Part shown: piece by piece, positions 24,877 to 34,511 of the stretch
How positions within the stretch are numbered: position 1 is the first letter of the stretch
Layout of the letters: each line of letters opens with the position of its first letter
Source: a virus
Taxonomy: Duplodnaviria; Caudoviricetes
Length of the DNA stretch: 46,216 nt
IMG/VR virus record: IMGVR_UViG_3300032212_000027
Location: 1-46,216 of that record
Direction: 5' to 3' (one strand)
Notes under the pieces: model-generated
Told to the model about the DNA's origin: nothing
Databases searched by the model: none
The model's input: the letters and a program-made list of their open reading frames with translations, nothing else
Made by a program: the position numbers and the translations under genes

Positions 24877-25854
24877 TTAGGCAGCACCATCCAAGAGGTG
24901 CAGGCACTCAGGACGCAGTACGCCCATGCCGTTTGCCATTTTGGAAATCAACAGGGTGCCCTGGTGGCGAGCACTGTACTCAGCTTCGGACGACATATCC
25001 ATCAGATGGACAGCGCCGATAGCTTGACGGTGCATGATGAGGACCTTGGAGGTCGATGCATCTACATCGAAGTCAGTGATGGCAGCACCAGCACGGACAG
25101 TTGCCAGGTCGTCGGCTCCGCCATTAGACCAGTCCTTGTTCAGGTTGTTGGTCTTGATGAGCGTGAGGCCAGCGACTTGCGGCAGGCTGATGCCCGACTG
25201 GGAACCACCATTGCCGTAGTCACGGTTCAGGACACGACCGTCCTGGATCAAGGCGTAGAACACCTCAGGCGTAACGAAAGCAACACGGTCGCTCTCAGGG
25301 ATGTCACGTTCGTCCAGGGTTTTCTGGGCGTCGTACATGGCATCGATGATTGTGCCGATAGTCGGCGATGCACCAAGAGCGTCGCGGGTAGCTGCGCCGA
25401 AGCCATCGATAGGACCAGAGGCGCCATCAACGCAGGCTTTGGTAGCCAGCGCGAAGACCTTTTGGTCATAGATCTGGGCAAGAGAGTCACCCATCTGGCG
25501 AGCATATTCACCACGAGTTTCGAAGTGAGTCATTGCTTCCAGGAAGTTCGACACGAACACAGGCGAGACCAGGAGGTCATCGATGTTCAGAGTGACTTCA
25601 CCGTGAGCGACGGACTGGCCGTCGATCTCTTCACCGGGCTGGTGGTAAGACGCAGTCGCGCGACCGATGGCCGGGAACTGGGCAGACTTCTGGCCCCGTA
25701 CATTGCGGATGCGGATGTATTCTTTGGCGCAGACTTTGGTGTTGAAGGTGGCGAGAACTTCGCCGGAGAACTTCTTGAGGAAGAGGTCGCGTTGAGCGGC
25801 GCTTCCGCCAAGTGCGGTATTGGCACCTGGTGATACGGTAGTAAAATTGGTCAT
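24877..25854 (-). CDS. Major capsid protein (gp10-like)
   Basis: LFLKKFSGEVL..F...KSAQFP.IGR...IDDLL...G.GVLRPE motifs; SD TAAGGA before ATG 25854. Confidence 0.97.
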   Translation of the reverse strand: MTNFTTVSPGANTALGGSAAQRDLFLKKFSGEVLATFNTKVCAKEYIRIRNVRGQKSAQFPAIGRATASYHQPGEEIDGQSVAHGEVTLNIDDLLVSPVFVSNFLEAMTHFETRGEYARQMGDSLAQIYDQKVFALATKACVDGASGPIDGFGAATRDALGASPTIGTIIDAMYDAQKTLDERDIPESDRVAFVTPEVFYALIQDGRVLNRDYGNGGSQSGISLPQVAGLTLIKTNNLNKDWSNGGADDLATVRAGAAITDFDVDASTSKVLIMHRQAIGAVHLMDMSSEAEYSARHQGTLLISKMANGMGVLRPECLHLLDGAA

Positions 25855-25918
25855 TGGAAAATGATCCTTAAGAGAGATTGAAGTTGTGTTGAGTAGCTCG
25901 ACAACAACCGCGATCATC

Positions 25919-25948
25919 TCTGAAGTTGTCTTCCGTAGAAGGCTTCAG
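25919..25948 (-). promoter_or_regulatory. cUACGg-tetraloop hairpin in the capsid leader
   Basis: Minus strand CTGAAG-C-CTTC-TACG-GAAG-ACAA-CTTCAG. Confidence 0.6.
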
Positions 25949-26135
25949 TAGTCTTGCGATTTGTCTAGACTATACAGGGCGTCCCCTGTCGCATCTCCAC
26001 TGAGGAGCGGCGGATGCTTTAGGTTCTCTTTAAGGATAAGAAGGCGGGGCATGTCTTAATGAGACAGAGGCCCGCGCCGTGGTGTGCCTACCCCTCCGTA
26101 TTGAGCTTCTTTAGAGAGGCCTGAGAGGAAGGACT

Positions 26136-26333
26136 TTATGCGTTTGAGACTTTGTCCAACTGAGCCTTGAGCGACATGACAAGCTCAAGCAGTTCGACCA
26201 CGGTGGGTGCGTCTGCATCAGCGATTGTCACAGCTGTAACGGCTGTTGGTAAAGTATTTGCGGTTGCTGTCACTGCGACAACGTCCAGATTGTACAGCTC
26301 GTTGGCACGAGCATCACGGAGATTCTTGGTCAT
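26136..26333 (-). CDS. Hypothetical 65-aa protein (possible head decoration/fibre-like)
   Basis: TAATG coupling, SD AAGG; lies in the head module. Confidence 0.65.
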   Translation of the reverse strand: MTKNLRDARANELYNLDVVAVTATANTLPTAVTAVTIADADAPTVVELLELVMSLKAQLDKVSNA

Positions 26334-26734
26334 TACTGTGTACCTTGCGGAGGTTGGCCTGTAAGTCGGCGCATGAATGGACGCACGAACTCTCGGTAAC
26401 CAAAGGCAGCAGAGATCGCCAGAGCGAACGCTGCGATATACCAGTCAGGAACTGACTCTGAGATCACGGCAAAGCCGCGCTCAACATCGTCCTGTAGAGG
26501 TCCGAAGAATGCTGCGATAAAGGGAACTGACAGAAGAATGGTGAACCACTCGTCTGCCCAGGATGTGCGGGCGTTCTGCGCCTGGATATTGTCCCAGTCG
26601 ATGTCAGCCGTCGCACGGGCGGTCTCGATGGCCACTTCTGACTCTACCCGTGCTTGGGCGAGCCGACGGCGTCCTTCGAACCAGTCCCCGACCATGCCTA
26701 AAGCAGGCCCGAGGATGTTTGCGAAAATGTTCAT
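26333..26734 (-). CDS. Membrane protein, 3TM-holin-like
   Basis: WD......SWADEW..I..S.P...GF......PDWY......I.A.FG.R pattern; hydrophobic helices. Confidence 0.65.
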   Translation of the reverse strand: MNIFANILGPALGMVGDWFEGRRRLAQARVESEVAIETARATADIDWDNIQAQNARTSWADEWFTILLSVPFIAAFFGPLQDDVERGFAVISESVPDWYIAAFALAISAAFGYREFVRPFMRRLTGQPPQGTQ

Positions 26735-26739
26735 GGTGG

Positions 26740-27531
26740 TTATGTCCCCCAGGTCGCGTCGAACTTGCGATCAACTCGAGCGCGATATGCGGGGTCCTTC
26801 CAGTAATCAGGGTGTTCCATGTCTTTGATGTACTCAGCCTCGTTCTCGTAACGGGGGCCGCTTTGGGACGGCTTTCCGTTTACTACACGAGCAGGCTCAT
26901 TGCCGTTGGCAGCGACGTACTGAGCCTTCAGTCCATTGATGGCGAACATGGCGCGATCCACGTCCCCTGAGGAGGTAGCCTCATTGAACATGTCGATCAT
27001 AGCTTCTGAGAGGTTGGTGGACGCCCACTGGAGCATTGTCTGGTAGGCTTGCTTGTCTCCGAACTGCTCGAGGACTTTGGCCTCATACTGTGCAGCAATG
27101 GCCTCTTGGCCCTTGATGTAGGTATCGACAGTCTCACGCTTGAGACCTGCCTTCTCCATGGCTTCGTAATCAGCTTCGTCCAGCTTTCCGTTCTCGGAGT
27201 ATTTGGCAGCGAGAGAGTCGAAGTCCACACCCGCCTCTTGGGCGGCAGCCTCGGCATCCTGTTTGGAAATTCCGAGTCCCTCAGGAGCCTCCTCTTGTTG
27301 AGGAGTCCCGGTGGATTGCTTCTTCTCCAGCTCGCTGTAGGCTTTCGCCATGTCTTCCGCAGAGTTAAACTTCTCTGGGAGCCAATCTGGCCGATCCTGG
27401 GAAGGAGTCTCAACACCGTTTGCTAGGTCTTGAGCGGCCTTTTCTTCAACAGCAAGCGCTGCTGCAATATCCTCTGCGGACTGAATGGTCTCTTCGGTTC
27501 CTGTGATAGTGTGTTCACTAGAAGTGGTCAT
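26740..27531 (-). CDS. Capsid scaffolding protein (gp9-like)
   Basis: RPDWLPEKF.SAEDMAKAY.ELEKK and M.HPDY.KDPAYR..V motifs. Confidence 0.95.
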   Translation of the reverse strand: MTTSSEHTITGTEETIQSAEDIAAALAVEEKAAQDLANGVETPSQDRPDWLPEKFNSAEDMAKAYSELEKKQSTGTPQQEEAPEGLGISKQDAEAAAQEAGVDFDSLAAKYSENGKLDEADYEAMEKAGLKRETVDTYIKGQEAIAAQYEAKVLEQFGDKQAYQTMLQWASTNLSEAMIDMFNEATSSGDVDRAMFAINGLKAQYVAANGNEPARVVNGKPSQSGPRYENEAEYIKDMEHPDYWKDPAYRARVDRKFDATWGT

Positions 27532-29084
27532 TAGTTTCCTTGGGTTTTAGCTTCAGCAGCTAGGGCTGGACCAGCAGCTTTGCCAGCCAGCTCCATCATC
27601 TGTTGTTGTTGGATTTGCTCTTGTTGTTTCTGGGCGCGTTTTTCACGTTCTTCTTCGGTTCGCACTAGGCCATCCATATCGATGCCAAGGCCAGTACCGA
27701 AGCGAGTGAAGTAATCCCCCAGGTTGAGGTGCTCATCCACAGTCTCAGGACCGAATTTGGATATCTCGTTAGAGAACACCTGCATGCGAGACAAGTCCTG
27801 GCCTCGACCAAGAGCTTCTAGGCCAGTCACGATTGACGGGACTATGCCCTCAGGCAGCTTTGGAAGACGGCCTTCTTTCTGCATTACATCCATGAGCCGG
27901 TTCACGAGCGGGAGCTGGAACTCCTGGGAGAGGAGCGAGTAGACACCACCAAGGGAGTCTTCCAGTTCAGCAGCCATGAAGCGGATTTCTTCAGCGGTGA
28001 CGCGCTCAGCGTTGCGCTGTATGGAGCTGTTGAGAAGAAAGGCTTGCGCCAGGCGCTGCCCGATTTCTTGAGCGGTATTTGAGGCGACCTGTAGATCGGC
28101 TCTTTTGTCTAACTGTAGGGCAAAGACGTCATCTTCGTTGCCTTGGATTACATCCAGGTTACGCGCGGCGACGAGCTTGTCGATACGGGTTGTTGCGTTG
28201 GGCTTCACCATTATGACGGTCTTGGCAGCCGCCAGGGCGGACTCCAGGATAGCCTGGGATAGACCTTCAGCGGCATTCAGATCGCCAATGTATTCCTCTA
28301 CGTGGCTCCGACCGTAGTCTTCACCATCGACGGATACCCATCGAAGCGGGAGGAAGTTAGGGCTTTCGGTTTTCCAGCTTGCATCTGATCCTGGGACTTT
28401 GATGTCCTCGACCTCTTGCCAGCCAACATACTTGTTGTTCTCAAGCTTCCAGCAGGTGTAGACAGCAACTGGGTCGTTGGCGTCATACTTTTTGTCCTCT
28501 GGTTGCTCGTCGAGCATCTTTCGGATGTCTGCAGGTAGAGCGGCGTACGCCACCTCTTCCTTGAGGATACAGTCAATGATTGTTCCATCAGGAGAGCGCC
28601 GAGTGACATAGCTGTCCAGCTTAATAGCTCGGACTTTGCTGTTCTTAGGCATGTAGAGGAGGACGTTGCCAGTGACAATGAGCATTTTGATGGCGGTGAA
28701 CACGGGGGTTCGGAGGGCCTTACGCTCTGTCTCGGTGAGAACCGAACGCTCAACTGAGTTAAGAGCTTCTTCGAATTCGGCTCTGCCGTCTTCATCATAG
28801 CTTTCAGCCAGCTCATAGTCGTCCACAAGTAGCCGAAAGAACGGCGTGTTGGGAGGGAGCAGGCTCGTCAGGAGCTTGTTGGAAAGGTTGTTAACCCCCC
28901 GTGCACCTATCGATTGATAGGGCACATGGAGGTTGTTCTTCTTGTTGGAAGAAGGAGGAAGGAGAGATGGAATGGTAAGCTCTGCACATTTTCGACCACG
29001 GTCCAGAAACTGTTCGCGGTCAGAGCACAGCTGCTCGTACAGAGCGGAAGCTGAGTCTTTCTCAGGTTTACCTAGGGTGTCCAT
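27531..29084 (-). CDS. Portal / head-tail connector (gp8-like)
   Basis: PYQSIGARGVNNL..KL...LLPPN.PFFRL; GEDYGR; RVTAEEIR...ELE..LGGVYS. Confidence 0.97.
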   Translation of the reverse strand: MDTLGKPEKDSASALYEQLCSDREQFLDRGRKCAELTIPSLLPPSSNKKNNLHVPYQSIGARGVNNLSNKLLTSLLPPNTPFFRLLVDDYELAESYDEDGRAEFEEALNSVERSVLTETERKALRTPVFTAIKMLIVTGNVLLYMPKNSKVRAIKLDSYVTRRSPDGTIIDCILKEEVAYAALPADIRKMLDEQPEDKKYDANDPVAVYTCWKLENNKYVGWQEVEDIKVPGSDASWKTESPNFLPLRWVSVDGEDYGRSHVEEYIGDLNAAEGLSQAILESALAAAKTVIMVKPNATTRIDKLVAARNLDVIQGNEDDVFALQLDKRADLQVASNTAQEIGQRLAQAFLLNSSIQRNAERVTAEEIRFMAAELEDSLGGVYSLLSQEFQLPLVNRLMDVMQKEGRLPKLPEGIVPSIVTGLEALGRGQDLSRMQVFSNEISKFGPETVDEHLNLGDYFTRFGTGLGIDMDGLVRTEEEREKRAQKQQEQIQQQQMMELAGKAAGPALAAEAKTQGN

Positions 29085-29302
29085 TAGCCACCTCCGGTGA
29101 TGTTAAGACCACCTGTCGAGGCAGACGCTGAGGTGGGGATGGTCAGTCCTCCCCCTACTCTGTATTTTTTGGTTCCAGCCTTGCGGCCCTTGAGGGCTTC
29201 CTGCTTTTCGTCGGTATAACCTGGGGCTGTCTGTTCCAACACAGGAGCTGGAGGCGGAGGAGCTGCAGGCTTAGGTATCTTCGGTTTGCTTACGAAACAC
29301 AT
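29084..29302 (-). CDS. gp7.3-like small virion/tail assembly protein
   Basis: MCF.SKPKIP N-terminus, GG.GLNI C-terminus, directly upstream of portal. Confidence 0.75.
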   Translation of the reverse strand: MCFVSKPKIPKPAAPPPPAPVLEQTAPGYTDEKQEALKGRKAGTKKYRVGGGLTIPTSASASTGGLNITGGG

Positions 29303-29468
29303 TGCCTTCGTTTTCCTCTTGTATGTTTCTCAATGTATTGACGACATCCACTTGACCAGCCTTGAACCATATCTTTCTGTCTTCATCTTTTATAGAAGGA
29401 GAAGTATCAGGAAAGAGTGTCTCAAGGTACTCTAGTAGTTCTTTAGTTACTACAGGGAGTTCGGTCAT
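29271..29468 (-). CDS. Conserved hypothetical protein (LE.LFPD...IWFKAGQ..VV..L)
   Basis: Motif typical of the first late gene in T7-like phages; follows a candidate phage promoter. Confidence 0.75.
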   Translation of the reverse strand: MTELPVVTKELLEYLETLFPDTSPSIKDEDRKIWFKAGQVDVVNTLRNIQEENEGNVFRKQTEDT

Positions 29469-29489
29469 AGTGGTGTCATCCTAAGGGTA

Positions 29490-29507
29490 CATGTTATGAG
29501 GGACAAT
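29490..29507 (-). promoter_or_regulatory. Candidate phage RNAP late promoter (ATTGTCCCTCATAACATG)
   Basis: Intergenic, at the start of the structural module; 17/18 match to the 5532 copy. Confidence 0.7.
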
Positions 29508-29515
29508 ATAATGAG

Positions 29516-31381
29516 CTAGATTTCGCAGACACCTGAGGAGCATGCCAACTGTTGACTTGCCACCGTGTTGTCTTCTCCTTCGGTATAGTCAGAGAAATCA
29601 ACACTGGGCATAGCGGACAGGGATTCCTCGTACTGCTCTTTAGAGATGGCCTCGTAAGGTGCTTGCTTGTAGGTGTGCTCAGAACGGGGAAGGAAGGAAA
29701 TGCCTGAGACTTGGTCTCGGTTTTCCCATACCCATTCACCTACTTCTTCCCACTCTGTGGGTCCGACATAGATGGTTACAGACGGCTTATGCTCACACCA
29801 GTTTTTCTGGTAGACCATCCACAGGCGGAGCTGGTCGATAGCTGAGACATCGTCAGCAATCACAGCACTGTCAGGGGCCTCCACAGGGAAGGCGAACACC
29901 CAGTTTCCTGGTTGGATCACGTCTTCTTCGCAAGGTACACCCTGGTCTTTCAGCCAGTGAGCAAGAGGGTCCTTGTTGTCCATGCGTACGCGACGGATGT
30001 AGTACTTGGAGAAGCGTCCATGGATGCCAGAGGCTGAGTCTACCAGCTGGCTGACAGTGCCACTTGGCTTGACACAGGTCACAGCCATAGACTGCTCGAT
30101 GCCTAGCTGTCCTGCCACAGCCGCGTTGGCCTTTACAGCAGCGTCCTTGATGAGGCTCAGGAATAGCTCGAGTTCAACACTCGGCGTGGACATGAACTCA
30201 TGGTCACAGATGCCTGTCAGGGAGACCCCTAGCAGGCGCTCCTCTTTCGTGTTCTTTTCCCAATCGCTAGAGAGCTTGTGGAGGTCGTCCAGTCCGCTCT
30301 GTAGGGTTCCCAAGACTGCGGCCTGGATAACCTTGCGCTTGATGTCAAGCAGTGTGTCGTCAGCACGGATAACTACTTCCGTGAGATTACAGAACTGCTT
30401 GTTGCGCAGCACGATCTCGGAACATGGGTTAGTCCCGAAGTCGCGACGCTCTCTACGCTCAGGGACATTACACGCGTCCCTGGAGAAGATGCCGCGCTCT
30501 CCTGAGCCTGAGGCAACCAGGGCGTCCCACTCGTGTCGGAACGTCTGGTAGTCAGTTGCTGTGGAATGCACTGCGCTATTATTAGCAAGAGCGCGTTGAG
30601 GGTTGTCTACCCACCACTCGCCTGACTTTGCCTCGCGCATGTCTCGGTCATCGATAGACGACAGAGAGATAAGAGCTGAGCGTCGTACTCCTCCAACCAC
30701 AACCACTTCACCAATCTTGCACATGATATCATGGCACTCTACTGGCGTAAGCTTGCGGCCTTGAGCGGCCTTGAAGGTTGCCTGAGTGAACTCAATGAGA
30801 GACTGGAGCGGACCAGGTCCTGAGGCTCGTCCCCCGAATACTTTGAGACGTGCACCAGCTTCCCGCACTTGGGAGTAGTCTACCTCGATGTCGCGTCCTT
30901 GGAAAAGGAACTCGACTGCCTCTCCGTAGGCGTTTCGCCACCCATCTTTGCTGTCTCCCACAACAATTTTTATAGGATAAGCGTCTAGGTCTATGGGCGT
31001 AACAGGAGGAAGCCGATCAACGTATTCTTTCTCCACGGAGAAACCCACGCCTGTGCCACACAGGAGGATATAGAGGGCCTCCTCAAAGGCCTCTGTGTTG
31101 TCTACGGCAAGGTATGCGCAGTTGTATCCTGCTACGTTGTCGCGATCCAGAGCTGGACCGGCAGTCATGAGGCAGCGCATGGAAGGCATTACCTCTAGTC
31201 CGAGGATGGCTTCTTCCAGTTCTGTCCACCCGATGCCGTGGCCTCGGTGTCGTGCCATGAAGAAGTCTATGTATCTCCGCACTGTCTCAGGCCAGGTCTC
31301 GCGCCTGCCAAGGTCCTCAAGAAACCTGGAGTACCGAGAGAGATGGATAAAGGATTGATAAGGTGTAGGTAATTGGTTCAT
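29516..31381 (-). CDS. nrdJ: Class II (B12-dependent) ribonucleotide reductase, monomeric type
   Basis: MPSMR, GTGVGFS, GGVRRSA, TNPCSEI, TCVKPSGT and C-terminal CSSGVC; no beta subunit gene. Confidence 0.92.
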   Translation of the reverse strand: MNQLPTPYQSFIHLSRYSRFLEDLGRRETWPETVRRYIDFFMARHRGHGIGWTELEEAILGLEVMPSMRCLMTAGPALDRDNVAGYNCAYLAVDNTEAFEEALYILLCGTGVGFSVEKEYVDRLPPVTPIDLDAYPIKIVVGDSKDGWRNAYGEAVEFLFQGRDIEVDYSQVREAGARLKVFGGRASGPGPLQSLIEFTQATFKAAQGRKLTPVECHDIMCKIGEVVVVGGVRRSALISLSSIDDRDMREAKSGEWWVDNPQRALANNSAVHSTATDYQTFRHEWDALVASGSGERGIFSRDACNVPERRERRDFGTNPCSEIVLRNKQFCNLTEVVIRADDTLLDIKRKVIQAAVLGTLQSGLDDLHKLSSDWEKNTKEERLLGVSLTGICDHEFMSTPSVELELFLSLIKDAAVKANAAVAGQLGIEQSMAVTCVKPSGTVSQLVDSASGIHGRFSKYYIRRVRMDNKDPLAHWLKDQGVPCEEDVIQPGNWVFAFPVEAPDSAVIADDVSAIDQLRLWMVYQKNWCEHKPSVTIYVGPTEWEEVGEWVWENRDQVSGISFLPRSEHTYKQAPYEAISKEQYEESLSAMPSVDFSDYTEGEDNTVASQQLACSSGVCEI

Positions 31382-31599
31382 TATTCTTCTTCTTGTTCAG
31401 GCTCGTAACCGTTTACTCGGTTAACTGCGGTAGCTAGGGTGTTGAGGGAGTTGACGATGCGCTTGTCTACGCTGCAACCTACGGTTTCAAGAAGTATAAG
31501 AAGGTCCTCTGCGGCTTCGACCGCAGAGTCCTTCATGTCTTCCTGGGTAGGCAGAAAGTAAGTGGAGTGACCGCCTGTCTTGACCTTTATCCGCCTCAT
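31381..31599 (-). CDS. Hypothetical protein
   Basis: ATGA and TAATG coupling to both neighbours. Confidence 0.65.
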   Translation of the reverse strand: MRRIKVKTGGHSTYFLPTQEDMKDSAVEAAEDLLILLETVGCSVDKRIVNSLNTLATAVNRVNGYEPEQEEE

Positions 31600-31814
31600 G
31601 ATGTGGCATCAGAGGGGTAGCCCCCCTCGATCTTCTCAATGAGGAACTCAAGATAACGCTTGGCTTTCTTGAGGTCCTCGATGCCATTCTTCTGCTCGTA
31701 CCGGCAGACGTACTTGATTACGTTTCCAGCAGAGAAGCCCAGGTTGTTCATCTCAATGAAGTCGATAGGTTGGATACGGTGCGACGAGTAGTGAGTTGGA
31801 GAGGTGCTATCCAT
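31596..31814 (-). CDS. DUF3310 / T7 gp1.7-like nucleotide kinase domain protein
   Basis: P.HY...IQPIDFI...GNVIKY..RY..KNG.EDLKKA..YL motif. Confidence 0.88.
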   Translation of the reverse strand: MDSTSPTHYSSHRIQPIDFIEMNNLGFSAGNVIKYVCRYEQKNGIEDLKKAKRYLEFLIEKIEGGYPSDATS

Positions 31815-32539
31815 TAGTAAGGACTCCAGAGGATCGGGTATTGCTTTTTAATGTCGTACTCACCTGCCCGAAGGATGCGGGCCTGGTGTGCCGTGATGAG
31901 GGCATCAGCCTCAAAGAGGCCTTTCTTCTCGTAGGCGGTGACTACTGTTTCCCAGGAGGGATCGGCGTTCAGGAGCTTCTCGGCTCCTACCTTGCCGACT
32001 CCAGGACAGCCTCCGTAGCCATCTGAGGGGTCACCAACGAGTACCTGGTACAAGAAGAACCAATCAGCTTCTTCTTCGGTGATGACTTCCCAGTCGTCGT
32101 CTACCCAGTGAACACCTGGGATTTGCTTGAGGTCCTTGTCAGCCGACCAGATGGCTGTTGTATCGGTCTGTAAAAGACCCAAGACGTCGTCGCCTTCCAG
32201 GTTTGGGTATACCATGGTGGCATACTTACTGATCAAATGTTCCTTGACCGATGGGTAACAAAGGGGCTTTCGTTTGCCCTTACGGTTCGACTTGTATTTG
32301 TCAGTGACGTCGTACCGGAAGTTCTTAGAGTCGCTGAGCGCGAACACCATGTCATCGGAAGCGATACCAGTGTCTTCTTCGAAGGTGGCAATGGTGTCTT
32401 CCAGGACAACGATAGCGTCCACAGGGTCAGACATGAGTGTCCACACATCGTTGTCCCACTGGGCCTCTTTTTCCACTACCACAGAGGCTTGGAAGAGGAG
32501 GATATCAGCGTCTAACAGGAGAGTTTCAGGTTGGCTCAT
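31814..32539 (-). CDS. 5'-3' exonuclease (gp6-like)
   Basis: LLDADI, NFR...YK.NR, LEGDDV, SADKDL.QIPG, GD.SDGY.GCPGVG. Confidence 0.95.
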   Translation of the reverse strand: MSQPETLLLDADILLFQASVVVEKEAQWDNDVWTLMSDPVDAIVVLEDTIATFEEDTGIASDDMVFALSDSKNFRYDVTDKYKSNRKGKRKPLCYPSVKEHLISKYATMVYPNLEGDDVLGLLQTDTTAIWSADKDLKQIPGVHWVDDDWEVITEEEADWFFLYQVLVGDPSDGYGGCPGVGKVGAEKLLNADPSWETVVTAYEKKGLFEADALITAHQARILRAGEYDIKKQYPILWSPY

Positions 32540-32553
32540 GTGAGCAGTCCTTT

Positions 32554-34365
32554 CTAGTGAGTGTCGGCCCAGGTGTTTCCAACTTTGTATTCACCTGTGA
32601 GAGGGAGGCGCAGCTTGAAGGCGTGGCCAGTGGTTTCGATGGCATCGACCAGAGCCTGGCCGACTTCGTCTGCCTTCTCGGTCTTAGCTTCGAACTGTAG
32701 TTCATCGTGGACAGTCGCTACCTGCCCACAGAAGGGGCGAAGGCTTCGCTCGGTCAGCAGCTGGTCAGCGAGGACCATCCACTTTTTACACACTATGGCA
32801 CCGGCTCCCTGGAGGAGCATGTTAAGCGCTGAGTGTTCAGAGCGGACGTGCAGTAGGCGACCATCAAGACCCCTAAGGTGTCCCTTGGTGTCGAAGGTTT
32901 CCTTCACAGCATCTGTCAGCTGTGCCAGAGCAGGAATTTCCCTGAGGAACTTCTTGCGCAGTCGGGCACCAATGAGGCGTTGCTCGTTTATGCCTGCATC
33001 TGGGCTGACAATCTCCCCTAGCTTGGCGTTGCCTGCACCATAGATAAATCCATAGATGAAGGTCTTGGCCTGGTCTCGGGTAGACAGCCCTGCTGCGTGT
33101 TGGTTGTGAGTGTGGACGTCGCCCTCCAAGATAATCTTGGCGTAGGCTCCTCGGTCATAGCGGGCCATGTAGTGGGCAAGGAGCCTAAGCTCCAAGCCAG
33201 CAACGTCAGCACCTACAATGCGTCCTCCGGTCGGAGCCATGAACAGGCTCCTACATTCTTTACCGTAGGGTTTGCGAACAGAAGGAACCTGAGTGACATT
33301 AGGGTTGCTGTGGGTCATGCGACCTGTAGCTGCCCCGTTGGTATTCACTCTGCCGTGGATACGGCCTTTACGTTCTAGCTTCAGCCAGGCGTTGTTTCCT
33401 TCGGACAGCTGCCCAAGACGTTTCTGAACAAGAAAGTATTCAGATAGAAGCTTGGCTTCAGGATACTTGAGTTTCACCAAGACCACTTCGTCGATCTTAG
33501 GCTGCCCACTGGGCGTGTATTCTTTTGGTACCCAGCCGTGCAAGGTGCTTAGCCTGTTGGCTATGTGGTGCCGAGACCCAGGATTGAACGGAGTTAGTGT
33601 AACCTTGGTGTACTCAGCTCCAGCAACGGTTGATCCTTTTGTAGGCTTTTTGTAGTTGATGGTTCTCTTAGGGGAATGTGTCCCGTTAGACGACCACCAG
33701 GGTTTGAACGTGTCCTGTAGTTCCCGCTCGATCTTGTCACGAAGCGCTGTGAGCTGCACCGTGAGCTGGACTGCGGCGTCCACGTTAAACGCAAAGCCGC
33801 GCCTCTCCTGTCCAGTGACAATCCACGCTACCTGGTGTTCCAGGTCCATGGACTGCTGAGAGTAGTCCTGTTCGAGTATTCGGTTCCACAGACTGGTTAA
33901 GACAACCACGTCCTGGACGCAGTACTCCTGCATAGCGGGGGACCACGTCTCCCAACCGCCCTGGTAGTCTCCCTTGTGTTCACCCAAGCGATGTCCCCAG
34001 GCTCCTAGGGAATGTGACCCTGCCATCCTGGTTGGAATGGAGGCGCTCTTGGCTTTTATCTGGACGAAGTCTCTGTCTTTGAGATCAGACCAGATAAGAC
34101 GCGAGAGGACGAGAGTGTCTATGACCTTCTCTCTCGCTGGGGTGAACCAAGGGTATACTTTTTGCAATGCTGGGACGTCGAAGCCGATTGCGTTGTGTGC
34201 AATGATCTTGTCAGCGTCCATCAGCATGCGAACACCTTCTTCAACCTGATGAGGTTCGAAACTGTAGGTGTCATGTGTGTCTGGATTATGGATCACCAGA
34301 CAGTGAACCCTGTCTAGCTCGGGGATGAGACCGTTAGTCTCACAGTCGAATATAAGGGTTGTCAT
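32554..34365 (-). CDS. DNA polymerase family A (T7 gp5-like; Tyr at the T7 Y526-equivalent position)
   Basis: DCETNG, HNAIGFD and YCVQDV exo motifs; DVAGLELR, AKTFIYGFIYG and VHDELQ pol motifs. Confidence 0.97.
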   Translation of the reverse strand: MTTLIFDCETNGLIPELDRVHCLVIHNPDTHDTYSFEPHQVEEGVRMLMDADKIIAHNAIGFDVPALQKVYPWFTPAREKVIDTLVLSRLIWSDLKDRDFVQIKAKSASIPTRMAGSHSLGAWGHRLGEHKGDYQGGWETWSPAMQEYCVQDVVVLTSLWNRILEQDYSQQSMDLEHQVAWIVTGQERRGFAFNVDAAVQLTVQLTALRDKIERELQDTFKPWWSSNGTHSPKRTINYKKPTKGSTVAGAEYTKVTLTPFNPGSRHHIANRLSTLHGWVPKEYTPSGQPKIDEVVLVKLKYPEAKLLSEYFLVQKRLGQLSEGNNAWLKLERKGRIHGRVNTNGAATGRMTHSNPNVTQVPSVRKPYGKECRSLFMAPTGGRIVGADVAGLELRLLAHYMARYDRGAYAKIILEGDVHTHNQHAAGLSTRDQAKTFIYGFIYGAGNAKLGEIVSPDAGINEQRLIGARLRKKFLREIPALAQLTDAVKETFDTKGHLRGLDGRLLHVRSEHSALNMLLQGAGAIVCKKWMVLADQLLTERSLRPFCGQVATVHDELQFEAKTEKADEVGQALVDAIETTGHAFKLRLPLTGEYKVGNTWADTH

Positions 34366-34382
34366 GTCTGGCTATCCTTGAT

Positions 34383-34511
34383 CTATCTGTAACGGTTCCA
34401 ATCGAAGGTGATGTATAGAGGCCCGATCTGTATGTCAGCCTCTCTGGAATAGACGTTTATAGCCAGCGGTAAGGCCCAGCTGGTCCAGACAAGACTAATT
34501 GAGACTGTCAT
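34383..34511 (-). CDS. Small hypothetical protein (42 aa, MTVSISLVWTSWALP...)
   Basis: ATGA overlap with upstream gene; fills the gap. Confidence 0.5.
   Translation of the reverse strand: MTVSISLVWTSWALPLAINVYSREADIQIGPLYITFDWNRYR

Noticed and set aside
24877-24900. T7 10A/10B-type capsid frameshift extension
   Set aside because: A terminator follows the stop immediately, leaving no room for an extended frame
24898-25833. 311-aa plus-strand ORF antisense to the major capsid gene
   Set aside because: Shadow ORF expected from strong codon bias of a highly expressed gene; no recognisable motif
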